This document shows positions 52,451-64,000 of a DNA stretch of 64,000 nucleotides, in pieces (the stretch's first letter is position 1; the number at the start of each line of letters is the position of its first letter). The stretch comes from Octopus vulgaris (Eukaryota): positions 39,804,001 to 39,868,000 of the forward strand of contig OX597817.1 of assembly GCA_951406725.2 (NCBI GenBank), given 5' to 3'. The position numbers were made by a program, and so were the translations under genes. A model generated the notes under the pieces. It did no database searches and was not told where the DNA came from. It saw nothing but the letters and a program-made list of their open reading frames with translations.

Positions 52451-53544
52451 TGATGGTGGTGGTGGTGGTGGTAGTGCTGATAATACCTTTGATGGTGGTG
52501 GTGGTGGTGGTGGTGGTGGTGAAGAAGAAGAAGAAGAAAAAGAAGGAGGGGGAGGAGGTCTTAAAGGATAGCATATCTATTCATTCCTAATATGTTCTGA
52601 CAGAAGATTTGAATGTGAATTTCTGATCTCTGTTGTTCACTTTTGAATCTGCCAGAACATATTAAGAATGAATAGATACATTATTGTTTGGATTCTTGCT
52701 GTTCTTCATGCACCCTATGAATAGTTCTTAAAGGACATTTAGTTGAAGTTTTAAAAAAATGATTCATATAAGAAACATATTAATAAGAAGAGATACATAC
52801 TAAAAATATGAAAACGCATTAAGAATGATATTAGAAACATGAGGAAATTAAAAGCATTAAAAATATGAAAAATATTTAAAAAAAGTTGAAAACTGTATCA
52901 TATTACTGTATTAATTAGCTTTTAAACTTTTATCTTTCACTGTTAAGTAGTCTTGTACGTTTGACTTATCACAGCCTTTTCATGAGGGAATATTTTCACA
53001 GATCTCTTCCATTCTGTTGTAGGACATATAGACAAAAATTAGTGCCGAGATAAAAATAATTCAATGTGATATAAAGCAGTAAATGTTACACAAATTGTGT
53101 AAGTATAGATTCAAATTACCAATACGTACGAGGGGAAAACTGGCTTCAAATTGTCAACCTTGATAGAAGCAAGGTACAAATGTTCATTTATTAACGCCCA
53201 TTGAGTAACTGACATAATACTTTCTCTTTGAGTGTAGAATGTATTGTGAAAGAAAAGAGAAAATAAACACACTTCTCTTCAAAAACTGGCAGAAATTTAG
53301 ACACCGTTTTACTGATTCTCTTTACTGAAAACAATATTTTTTACATGAGTTGAGAAGAAATTTCTTTATTCTTTGTAGACTTTTTTTGTTGTTTTTTGTT
53401 TTTCATGGTGTAGATAATTTAAGCAAAGAATGAGTTGTTTGAACCAGAGAGAAAAAGGGTGAAGGTGAGAGAAGATAAAGCAAACAACTTATTCACTCTA
53501 GATGAGGCAGTTTATCAAAACAAACATATTTTTCCAAAAGAAAG

Positions 53545-53820
53545 GTGTAGATGTGACTGTGTGGTTAAGAGGTTTGCTTCCCAACCACATAGTTTCAAGT
53601 TCAGTACCACAATGTGGTACTTTGGGCAAGTGTCTCCTACTATAGCCCAAGGCCAACAAAAGCCTTGTAAGTAGATTTGATAGATGGAAACTGAAAGGAG
53701 CTCATCGCATATACTTTCTTTTACTCTTTTACTTGTTTCAGCCATTTGACTGTGGCTATGCTGGAGTACCACCTTTAGTCGAGCAAATCAACCCCAGGAC
53801 TTATTCTTTGTAAGCCTATT
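53545..53820. mobile_element. SINE family A 5' half (+) joined to A 3' end (-)
   Basis: Head 53545-53710; inverted tail TACTCTTTTACTTGTTTCAG... from ~53720. Confidence 0.75.
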
Positions 53821-54954
53821 CATTTGGGATAGAAAGACTACATTTTTTGAGTCATGTAGGATAGCAGGACAGCTATGTTTTCAAAGTAGGATTGTTTCAA
53901 TTTGTTGTTTTTGTTTATTTTTACTAATAGCTTGTGCTTTGGATATTTCCTTCATTTAACTGCCCCCATGTTACTTTTATCTAATCAAACTGCCCCTTGT
54001 ACCATATAGATGTAATTTTATGTGTTAGTTGTCAGTTTGATTATTACTCACTTCTTCATAATCCACATCATTTTCTTTATTATTTTTCTGTGGAGAGGCC
54101 TCATTGTTGTTTTCTAGAAGTTATTCCTTACATGCTTTAGTTGTTTTGTATTAACTTTTCCTTTTTGAGAATTTTTTAATCTTTTACTTACATATTTCTC
54201 CTAACAGTTTGGATACTTTCATCTCCAACCATATCTCTTCCTCATTACATAAGGATGGAATGATGCTACTGATTGCTTCTGTTAAGGAATCAGTTTCTCT
54301 GTATATTTATAGGAATAGTTATGGGGTGATTTCTTTCACCATCCCTAGAGCTATGAGTGATAGTACTCTTCTAACTGAGGCTTGTTGTTGCTGTGTTGGC
54401 TAGTCTCTGTTGTTTTTCTGCCTCATTTTCTTGCCTTGTCTCTTCAGTTCTTCAGGGTAAAAAGCTCTAAGGTGGTTCTTACTCTGATACATATATAGCA
54501 ACTAGACTTTTTTCTTGACACCATCTATCTCATGTCCTTTGTCTCAGCATTCTCAATCAGGTACAGTTTCAGTATGGCTTTCTGACCTTCAAGGATCATT
54601 AAGGCTTGCAAATCTCCTTTGATATTCCCTGACCTCCTGCTACTTCTAATTATCCAAGCTTTAACCACTTGTTCGTATTACAATATAAAACTAATGATCA
54701 GTCATGGATCTATAACATCTCCAATGTCTTTTATGGTAACCCTTGTAATTCCTTGCCTCACATAGTGGGGCACAGTGCATGGTTGGGGGAATATTTAATA
54801 ATTTCAGCCTGTGTTTTAGCTGAGTCTTTGATTTTAAAAGTGCATCAGACAGTACCATATATTTTCCCCAAGATATCCTGGGGTACTCGTTTTACTTGCA
54901 TAATTCTAATTCTGTGCTATCTTTTCTAAAACATAAATATATGATTTTTGCTTT

Positions 54955-55075
<121 letters not shown>

Positions 55076-55885
55076 TGTCTCCCCATCTCTTTCTTGTTCT
55101 CTCTTTCTCTGATACCAAAACACCTAGTTTTACAAAATTCTTACAAGTATTTTTCTTTTCTCTGGTAACTGTGTTCTAAAAATTCTGTTTGCATTATAAA
55201 TGAGGCAAGCCACTACATGAGCAATTTAAAAGACTTGACCTTGTGTGAGTGTTGTTGTTGTTGTTATTGCTGTCTTCAGAATTATTTCTTAGGCTTTTTT
55301 AAATTCAGTGTCCATGAAAATGTTCATTTTTTTTTCCTTTTTGTTCATTTATTTTTTGTGTTGTCTTTTTCACCTCTTTTCTATTGCAATATTTTGTCTT
55401 GTACCATATCAGAGTTTGGTAGCCACTTTCAATATAAAAAAATGTGAGTATTATGTGGTAGAAAATAAAATAAATTCTGTAATAACAGACCTTTTCTTCA
55501 AATCTCTCTCATGTATCATTTAGCCATTTTTCAAATATCTCTCAGATTATCTAAGCTAGATAATCTTTCTACTTTAGAAAAGAGAGACACATTAGGTGCT
55601 TGATGAAGATGACTTGTGGCTAAACATCAACTTTAATGCAAGCTTTACTATAATGTAAAACATGTTATTATTGACCCCTATCATATCATCATTTTTACCC
55701 TCACTGTTACCTCTACCACATAATCATATCATCATGCCTCTCACCATACCACAATTATCCCAGCCACTATTGCCATTATCATCATCATTGTCATTATCAT
55801 TATAAAGATGATAGTAATCATAGTTGGATTTGTGTAAAAAAGAGACAAAATTTTAGAACAGGCTTTGTTGCTCCACTCTTTCTAG

Positions 55886-56066
55886 AATGTCACTTCAGAA
55901 ATTGAGTCTGGTAACACCAAAATATCCGATGCTAGCAGCAAAGGCAAAATTGTAATGGAGGCAACTACTGAGCAAGGTCGAAAACTGATACAAGATGAAC
56001 TGAATGCTTTGAATGAAGATTTCGTTGAGCTCAGAAAAACAGCAGAAGCTCAACAGTCTAAAATGG
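55886..56066 (+). CDS. Nesprin-1-like exon 13, 181 nt, phase 0/1 (coding frame not in ORF track)
   Basis: ctctttctAG|NVTSEIESGNTKISDASSKGKIVMEATTEQGRKLIQDELNALNEDFVELRKTAEAQQSKM+G|GTtagt; 181+146 nt with the next exon = 327. Confidence 0.87.
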
Positions 56067-57482
56067 GTTAGTATCTCTCAGTTTATTGCACACACAAGCA
56101 TACACACACACACACATGCACACACACACACGCACACACACACACACACAAATGCTCATACATATGCATATTGTATTGCTGTTCCATATGTTTTTAATCA
56201 GTTAATTTCTACAATATTGTAACAATATAAACAAAAGGTGAATGGCACAACTGAACAATCTCCAAAGTGAGAAATGCCATGACAATACTCTAAAGATATC
56301 AATGGACATCTCATCTAATTGTGGACATCTTGTCTAATAATTTATTTATACCCTAAGGTCTTCTCTAACAGAGTGTCAGTGTTAAACAAAAGACATTTAT
56401 TGGTGAGCATTCTTCTTTTGAGTCACTATTTTATTTTACTGGGCATGCATAACATTACTGTTGGAGTCTTTTGAATTGATATCATAACAAATTTGTCTTC
56501 TTATTCTGTAACTGTCTTTTGACTGGGTTGTGTGAATAGCAAGCAGATATCTTTGTTTATCTATCAGAAATACAAATCACCTCTAGACATTGCATCTGCT
56601 TTCTAACCATCTCTAGACAGAAAATTTATAAAAAAAGGACAATTAAATTTGAGACACATATCTAATATTTTTATACTGAATACTTTAATATTGGAGATAC
56701 CATAAAAAGTTTGAGTTGATTTTTCATAATGTTTATTTTAGTGATAATATGTAAATTCTTTTAATCTCTTATATTTTTAAACCAGCCAGTTGCTTTTGAC
56801 AAAAGAATTACATCTGCCTGAGTTGATTTTATGCAGCTAGATTTGAAGCCAAGGCTTCAAGAGTTCATACTCTATCACTGATATTCCATTATGGTTCTGA
56901 CAATAACATTTAAAGCTTAGTCAATAAAAAAAACTGAAATCCAAGGAAACTGATGGTGGTTTGCATTGAATTCATTAATTTGGAAGAAGAATCTGACATT
57001 TTGCAACTGATTTTAAGAAAGAAACATTTGTGCCCTCTTGCAAGATGAAGGGGTCAGTGCCAAAATGTCAGGTTCTACTTCTCCTCATGGTATAAAAAAT
57101 TATTGAAATTCATGGACTAATTTCAGTAGTCAACTCTGCTTAGATTTAACTACATATTATGAAGAATTCTGCATAGTTAACAAGTGGCTTGTTAGCTTAC
57201 AGGGTTGAAATCAAGTGTATACCTGAAGAAAGCAATAAGAAAATCATTTGATATAACATCCTTCAGATCATTACTTACATACTTGGAAATAATTTGACTT
57301 GTTATGTCTGTGTATTACTGATGTCTTGCCATTTGTTTTAAACATAATTTTTTAGTCAACACACAATGACATCATACTATTTACTTGGCTTATAATAATT
57401 ACATTACATCTCAGTCATTATTATTTTTATAAATATCCTAAATTTACACTTCTCCCATTTTATTTTCATTTTTTGTAAACAG

Positions 57483-57628
57483 AAAAGATTGGTCAACAGT
57501 GGAAAGAATATGATGCAACACAAGAAGAAATAAACCAATGGTTAACTAGCACAGTACCAGCTCAGAAAACCTCTTCTGATTATAAATATTCTCTTGTAGA
57601 CATAGACAAGCAACTTGAAGATAACATG
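57483..57628 (+). CDS. Nesprin-1-like exon 14, 146 nt, phase 1/0 (not in ORF track)
   Basis: ttttgtaaacAG|AA+KIGQQWKEYDATQEEINQWLTSTVPAQKTSSDYKYSLVDIDKQLEDNM|GTaatt; phase complements exon 13. Confidence 0.87.
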
Positions 57629-59851
57629 GTAATTTTCTTTTTAATTTCTCCTTTTGATTCTTCTAACACTCATCCTGAAACTGTCAGCTTGTATCTATGA
57701 TCTTTCCTCGTGTTTGAGTATCAACTTAGCCATCACTGTTAAAACAAGTTAAAGAACTGTGTGTATGTGCTTTTTGTTGGTTATTTTTTTTTTCTTGTAT
57801 TCACACAAAATATGTGCTTTTGATATATTATCAGGATTATGTTCTGTCTACAGAAAAATGTAAATAAAAAATGTTTACATTTCAGCATCTCCAATTTTTC
57901 TTATGTGAAATATAACTTCATACTTTGTCTTATGATAGGAACCTGTACACGTTATTTACTTCAATTTATTTACAACATCCATAGTCCATACAGATTACAA
58001 ATAGCTGTAACTTCCTATCCACCTTGTAAGAATATTCAAATATTAATCAGTGCTCAGAACTGTTTGTTCTTATCTTTCTTCAGTGCTTCAAAAGGCAGGT
58101 TACTGTAAAATTTAACTTTCTTTTCTACATGCTTTGATACTTAACCCTTTTCCAAACCAGATCTCTTATGTCAGCCAATACACTTTCTGTTATAATATAC
58201 TATATTATCCCACAAGCAGTGTTAAATGTAACTTGATAGGTGACTTAATCTCTCTGGTTCTTGATGTTGCTTGATACAAGTAATAATCATATTTGTTATT
58301 GCTTAAAATCTACTGACCTTCTCTATCCCTGCAGACCTTTTGAAGAGAAATTACTATTTAAATCTTTCATGGAACCTCATAAACAACCTACTATACACAC
58401 TTCAGTTTCTCATAAATTTCCTATTACCCTATTGGTACTTATTTAATCTGGAAGAACTCAAAAGCTATATTGATTTTTGTTGGATTTAAGCCCAGAAAAG
58501 TGATCCAAAGAGTTCTAACCATTTGGTTTTGAGAACAAATGCTGGCATTGTGTAGTTGTCTGGCTTTTCAATTCTAAAAGTCTGTGAAGCAAAAGGAAAA
58601 GAAAAAGGGTGTGCCTTTTCTCATAGCCCTCAGTATTGTGTAGGGAGGTAGGAGGGATCAATTGCCATAATTTCTTTCTCTTGATACTGTTAGGCTCATT
58701 GTTGGAAGACTGGTTATCAACACTGGAAAATCTGTATTATATAATGTTCTCATTTATTTTTAATCTCTTTTATTTCTTGGCAATTCTACAATGTGTAATG
58801 TTCACGTTTTAGAAACTAAACTAAAAGAAAAAAAGCAAAAAGCTACAAAAAATTTAACAAAATTATGAAATAATCCTTTATCTGCTTCATTTCTTTTTTC
58901 AATTTCTCCATTTAGAATTGTTTAGATTTGTAAAGTAATTTTTATAATTTATAATTTTTCTGTTTAGCTACTTTATTGACATTTTAGCCATGAGACTATA
59001 ATAAAATCTAATAAAAATTAGAGTTTATGAGAAACAAAAAACATAACCTGTGACTTTAAATCTGTTTTATTATCAGTTATGGCAGCATTTGAAAAAGAAA
59101 TAAATGATGATAATTGTAATAGGTCATGACGATAGTGATGACGATAATGGTGATAATATGCACTGAAAATGACTGAATTCACTTGGGTGGCGCATCTGTA
59201 AAAATCATTATTTGTTTTTTTTTTATTGTTTTGTTCCAACTTTTATTTCAATACACAGATGTTTTGATATTTTGTCAAATATTAGATTGTGATTACAATA
59301 AATGTATCAAGTGTTTCTTTTTAAAACTGACATAAAAATTCATCTGAAATATTTACAAGTATTTTCATATGTAATATATATATTGATTTCTTACTTTGAG
59401 GCAAAAAGCTACTAATCTATCATATTACAGAAAGAGTTTCTGTGACTTTCATACCTTTCTTGGATGTTTTATCAGATAACACAGACAAATAAATAAACCC
59501 AATGATGAGTGTTCTCTTCTATTGCATGCAAATAGAAAATACATCTGAGATTAAAAAGAATGCTTATTATTACTATTATGGCAGAATCAGTGGAGCTATG
59601 GACAAAATGCCATGAGATGTTTCTTCTGGTTCTTTTTTATTCTGAGTTCAAATCCTGCTGGAGTCACCTTTATCTTTTATTTTTCAAAATCAATAAAATA
59701 CAGAACCTATCAAATACTGGGAGTGATGGTACTGACTGACCCCTGCCCCTCAAAACTTCTAATGTTGTACCTAAATCAAAAAGACAATTCAAGCAGCAAG
59801 CTGGCAGAATTGTTAAAGAGTTGGAATATAGACTTTGTAATATTTGTTCCA

Positions 59852-60112
59852 TGGAGGTGTGTGGCTTAGTGGTTAGGGTGTCAGCATCATGATTGTAAGA
59901 TTGTGGTTTTGATTCTTGGACTGGGTGACACATTGTGTTCTTGAGTAAATCACTTCATTTCACATTGCTCCAGTTCACTCAGCTGGCAAAAATGAGTAAC
60001 GCTACGATAGACTGGCGTTCCATCCAGCTGGGGAACACATACGCCACGGAAACCAGGACACTAGGCCCATGAGCCTGGCTAGGCTTTAAAAAGGGCGCAT
60101 TTATTATTTTTA
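59852..60112 (+). mobile_element. SINE family C2 (V-domain-like body) inserted in a family B SINE
   Basis: 14-bp TSD TAATATTTGTTCCA at 59838-59851 and 60113-60126; body CTACGATAGACTGGCGTTCCATCCAG. Confidence 0.88.
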
Positions 60113-60759
60113 TAATATTTGTTCCAGCTCTTTATGTTCTGATTTCAAATCCTGCTAACGTCATCTTTACCTTTCATCCATTCTAAGTCAATAAAAGAAA
60201 TTAATAGTCAAGTATTGGAGAGCAATAGTAATATGGACTCTCCTGCTCCACTCAAAATTGCTGGAATTGTGCATAAATTAGAAGCATGTAATGTGTGTGT
60301 GTATGAGGTGGAATCTAGAAAAGCATTTACTCAATATTTTTACTTTCCCTTCTTTTAAATAAGCTATACATGAATATAGGAGTTCCGTGTCATATTTAAA
60401 AGATGTAAACAAATATAACACATTTCCTTTAGCAGGCATGCACATGTATATATACATATATATGTGTGTGTGTATATAGCATATGTATCTGTGTATATAG
60501 CATATGGATATACTTGCTTAAATATTCATTAAGACACATTGTCATTGTATATGAAGACAAGCTGATTGTTGCCCATGTTGCTGTAACAACTACTCATGCA
60601 TATTTAACAAATAAATAATAATAATGTGCAGTTACAGTCAGACAATATAATTATAAATACGCTAAAAACACATTACTTACAATAAATGACACTAATAAAT
60701 ACACTGCAAATTACTTTTTATGTTAGTGACTAATGCAATTTCTTTTTCTTCTCTTTTAG

Positions 60760-60912
60760 CAATACTTGGATGGTATAAATGCCAAACAACCAATTTTAGA
60801 CCGTCTTAGTGAACAAGCTGCACATTTGTTGCAATCAGTGTCAAGTGCAAAGGTAGCATGCAAAGTTGCACAAACTACAGCAGCATATTCTTCAGTTGCT
60901 AATTCTGCAAAG
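60760..60912 (+). CDS. Nesprin-1-like exon 15, 153 nt, phase 0/0
   Basis: ctcttttAG|QYLDGINAKQPILDRLSEQAAHLLQSVSSAKVACKVAQTTAAYSSVANSAK|GTaaag. Confidence 0.9.
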
Positions 60913-60937
60913 GTAAAGATTTCTTATACAATTTCCT

Positions 60938-61041
<104 letters not shown>

Positions 61042-61437
61042 GCTTTGTGTCAGCCCTGATTCACCAGACTTAATTTGGAAGTTTCTTATTAGCGAGGGAA
61101 GCAGCATTAATACCAAAAGGAAATTTTTATATCCAACTGAACGTGGGTGTCTTGTTAGAATATGAATATCTCAAGGCTAATAATTGCAGTATGTTTTTAC
61201 AAACCATCCATGTTAAGTTTGGATATAAAGATTACATTCTGGAAGTTTCTATGCAGATACTTAAACAGCTATAATTAAGCATTAAATCTCCTTACTGTTT
61301 ATTAATAAATATACCCTGTATAAGACAGTACTGGATATATTATGTTATAAAGAAATATATAGATGGTCACAGAAAATGAGCACATTAAAAGCAATGTTTG
61401 ACATGTAATTAACTATAATTACTTATAATATCCTATA

Positions 61438-61708
61438 ATGTGTGTGATGGCTTAGTGGTTAAGGTATTGATTCACAGTTGTTAGGTTGTGAGTTCAATTC
61501 CCAGTTGTGCATTGTCTCCTTTATTTTACATTGCACCAGCCTACCCAACTGGTAAAATTGTTGCATTCTATGTCATACTAAATCTCTTTGAGAATTATGT
61601 TATGTGTATGCAATGTCTGTGGAGTGCCCAGCCACTTCCACGCAAGCAAGCTGTTCCATTTGGATCAATTGAAACTTTCATAAATGTAGCCAATGAAGCA
61701 CCAGTTTG
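61438..61708 (+). mobile_element. SINE family C1, diverged
   Basis: GGCTTAGTGGTTAAG head, GAGTTCAATTCCC, GTCTGTGGAGTGCCCAGCCACTT body. Confidence 0.7.
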
Positions 61709-61740
<32 letters not shown>

Positions 61741-62107
61741 TACAAATAAGAAAATGGAGAAACAAGTTTAGTTTGTTCATCAACTTTCGGATATTAGAAT
61801 TTTGGATTATTTATTCATTAAGCAAACTGAGAACCTCAATATTATACATATATATCATATAGTTCAATATATATAAGATAAGAATACAAGTTATAAAATC
61901 AGTATAAATTATTGAAATCGATTTTAATGATTTCAATAATTTATATTGATTTTATAACTTGTATTCTTATCTTATATGTATTGAATTATATGATATATAT
62001 GTATAATATTGAGGTTCCCATTTTGTTTAATGAATAAATAATCCAAAATTCTAATATCCGAAAGTTGATGAACAAACTAAACTTGTTTCTCCATTTTCTT
62101 ATTTGTA
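61741..62107. repeat. Long near-perfect inverted repeat (179-bp arms, 9-nt loop)
   Basis: 61741-61919 versus reverse complement of 61929-62107: 6 mismatches by manual comparison. Confidence 0.95.
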
Positions 62108-62280
62108 TTATAAATTTACAGTAAAAATATTTCTTTACCTTCACCCGTTTAATACAATAAGTGGGTTAATTGCATTGCAATTAAAAACATTTATGTATTA
62201 AGAATCTGGGTACTTTACCGACAGTATATTGTATAAATACTATCCCATAGTGGGTTACACCCCTAACCCCTATCTTACTT

Positions 62281-62322
<42 letters not shown>

Positions 62323-62409
62323 CAATAATAATAAGGGGTAAAATTAATAATTAATAATTTTACCAAGTAGTTTGGTATGTTAAAAGAACCATTATCAGTA
62401 AACTTATAC

Positions 62410-62601
62410 AAAAATTCTATAATTATAAGTATAATTATAATTAGGGTTCAGCAAAATTTGCTTCACCACATACCGAAATTTAGAAATAGCAGTTAAAACT
62501 ACTATTTCACTACCATAAGAATTTCTTTTGTAGTTAGGTATGTGGTGAAGCAAGTTTTGCTGAACCCTAATTATAATTATACTCATAATTATAGAATTTT
62601 T
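62410..62601. repeat. Inverted repeat (65-bp arms, 62-nt spacer)
   Basis: 62410-62474 versus reverse complement of 62537-62601: 2 mismatches. Confidence 0.92.
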
Positions 62602-62802
62602 TTGTGTGTGTGTGTAGACAGTGGTATGCAATGTTTACCAAAACGGAAAGCCATAATTGTCACTGAATATAACTAAGGTGTTAGAAACACCTACATTGCT
62701 AGAAATAAGAGCTAAAATGCTCTAATGCTGTAGTCAAAGCACATAATTGTATACATATATACTGGTAGGGACTATAAGTGTCAGAAAACATTAATCAAGA
62801 AT

Positions 62803-62851
62803 TCCTTATATGGGTGTGTTTTGACAATTTCAATTGCCTCATCAGTAAGGA
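62803..62851 (-). ncRNA. Decayed type I minimal hammerhead motif
   Basis: Minus strand TCCTTA CTGATGA GGCAAT-TGAA-ATTGTC AAAAC ACACCC ATA TAAGGA: stems I and II intact, GAAA changed to AAAA. Confidence 0.55.
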
Positions 62852-63125
62852 CAGGCTTGACTTCATCAGATTCCAGACCTGATTCTCTGTCAGTATATAT
62901 ATAATAATTTATGGATGATTTAGTGAACTGCAGTGTTTTATTGGGGTCACAGCTAAATGAATGTGTAGGATATGAATTGATTGCTTATTGCTAATGCTTT
63001 AGTAGTGCTTGACAAACTTGTATCTCTTGTGGCTCTTGACGTTCAAATGAATATTTCATATGGTTATTAACAGTTAAAATATCCTAAGTAATTTACTGTA
63101 TAAATTGCTGTATGATTTGCTAGTT

Positions 63126-63190
<65 letters not shown>

Positions 63191-63214
63191 TAAATGTATG
63201 TATGTATGTACATA

Positions 63215-63431
63215 CAAGGGAGTGCTGAAAAGTTCCAAGCTTTGGATGAAATAAAATACAGGCGGATCAGTTAATTATAATTTTATTCAGCATATTCCTC
63301 TCTCAGATTTACACATTTATTACAATGGCCCTTCAGTTTTTCTATGTCCTGAGAAAGAACTCTAAAGTTTGGGCCTACAACCAGGCTTTTCACAATATCC
63401 TTAAAGCCAGGAACTTTTCAGCACACTCTTG
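63215..63431. mobile_element. mariner-like MITE (217 bp)
   Basis: TA|CAAGGGAGTGCTGAAAAGTTCC ... GGAACTTTTCAGCACACTCTTG|TA. Confidence 0.85.
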
Positions 63432-63618
63432 TATGTGTGTGTGTTTATACATAAAATGTGCATGCACAATGCTTTCTGCAAATCTGTAAAGAATCTCAGT
63501 GCAAATATATATTCACTACAGAAAAATGTGTACTTAGACATATATGTAAAAGTACAAATTTGAGTGATTTAGGGCAATATTATCTTTTTGTTATTTATTC
63601 TCTCTAATTTTTTTACAG

Positions 63619-63783
63619 GATATGGTCAAACGTTCTGAGAAAATATCTTCTGATTGCAAACACTTTGAAGAAGCCTACAAGACTGCTGATTCTTGGATTG
63701 ATTCAGCATCCCAAAAGTTAGCCCAGTGTTCAAATGTAACCAGAGATAGAAATTTGATAGAAAAGCAGCTAGAGAAATTACAG
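63619..63783 (+). CDS. Nesprin-1-like exon 16, 165 nt, phase 0/0 (not in ORF track)
   Basis: tttttacAG|DMVKRSEKISSDCKHFEEAYKTADSWIDSASQKLAQCSNVTRDRNLIEKQLEKLQ|GTattt. Confidence 0.9.
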
Positions 63784-64000
63784 GTATTTTTGTCTTTTTA
63801 ATTGGCTGATGTAACCTATTGTCCAGTTTAATGCTATCAGCTGGCTCTTGGGTACCTTTAACAGAGTTTATTGTGTTTATGTGTATTTTGTCTAGATATT
63901 TGATCTGAAAATAATGTTCTTCCTTTCCCACCAGTTTCAAGTGTCTGAAAGAAAAAAAAAACATTGAGCCCCTAGTTAAAGATTAATTAACTACATTTCA

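Noticed and set aside
52980-53080. Peptide EGIFSQISSILL*DI*TKISAEIK resembling a hAT dimerisation motif
   Set aside because: Short, has stops, and no TIRs found; cannot be supported without an HMM search.
63626-63964. 112-aa minus-strand ORF
   Set aside because: Antisense shadow of exon 16, whose + strand frame fits the spectrin-repeat pattern.

Overview
AT-rich, microsatellite- and SINE-dense eukaryotic genomic DNA. The repeat families look like those of Octopus (coleoid cephalopod); this is an inference from recalled SINE sequences. The whole window lies inside one large + strand gene. I could assemble 16 GT-AG coding exons (7082..63783; 2886 nt, 962 aa, no stop) encoding tandem spectrin repeats of the nesprin-1/Msp300 type. 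Neither end of the gene is in the window. The exons follow a strict ~153/165/327-nt periodicity (a two-spectrin-repeat unit of ~215 aa), with two extra introns at different positions. The introns hold several tRNA-derived SINE families (some nested, with target-site duplications), a young non-autonomous Helitron, piggyBac-, pogo-, mariner- and hAT-like MITEs, and a deleted Ty3/Gypsy element. They also hold LINE and transposase relics, three hammerhead-ribozyme-like motifs (one with an intact catalytic core on the pre-mRNA strand), and several long near-perfect hairpins that are candidate ADAR or small-RNA substrates. Most ORFs in the supplied track are microsatellite or SINE artefacts.
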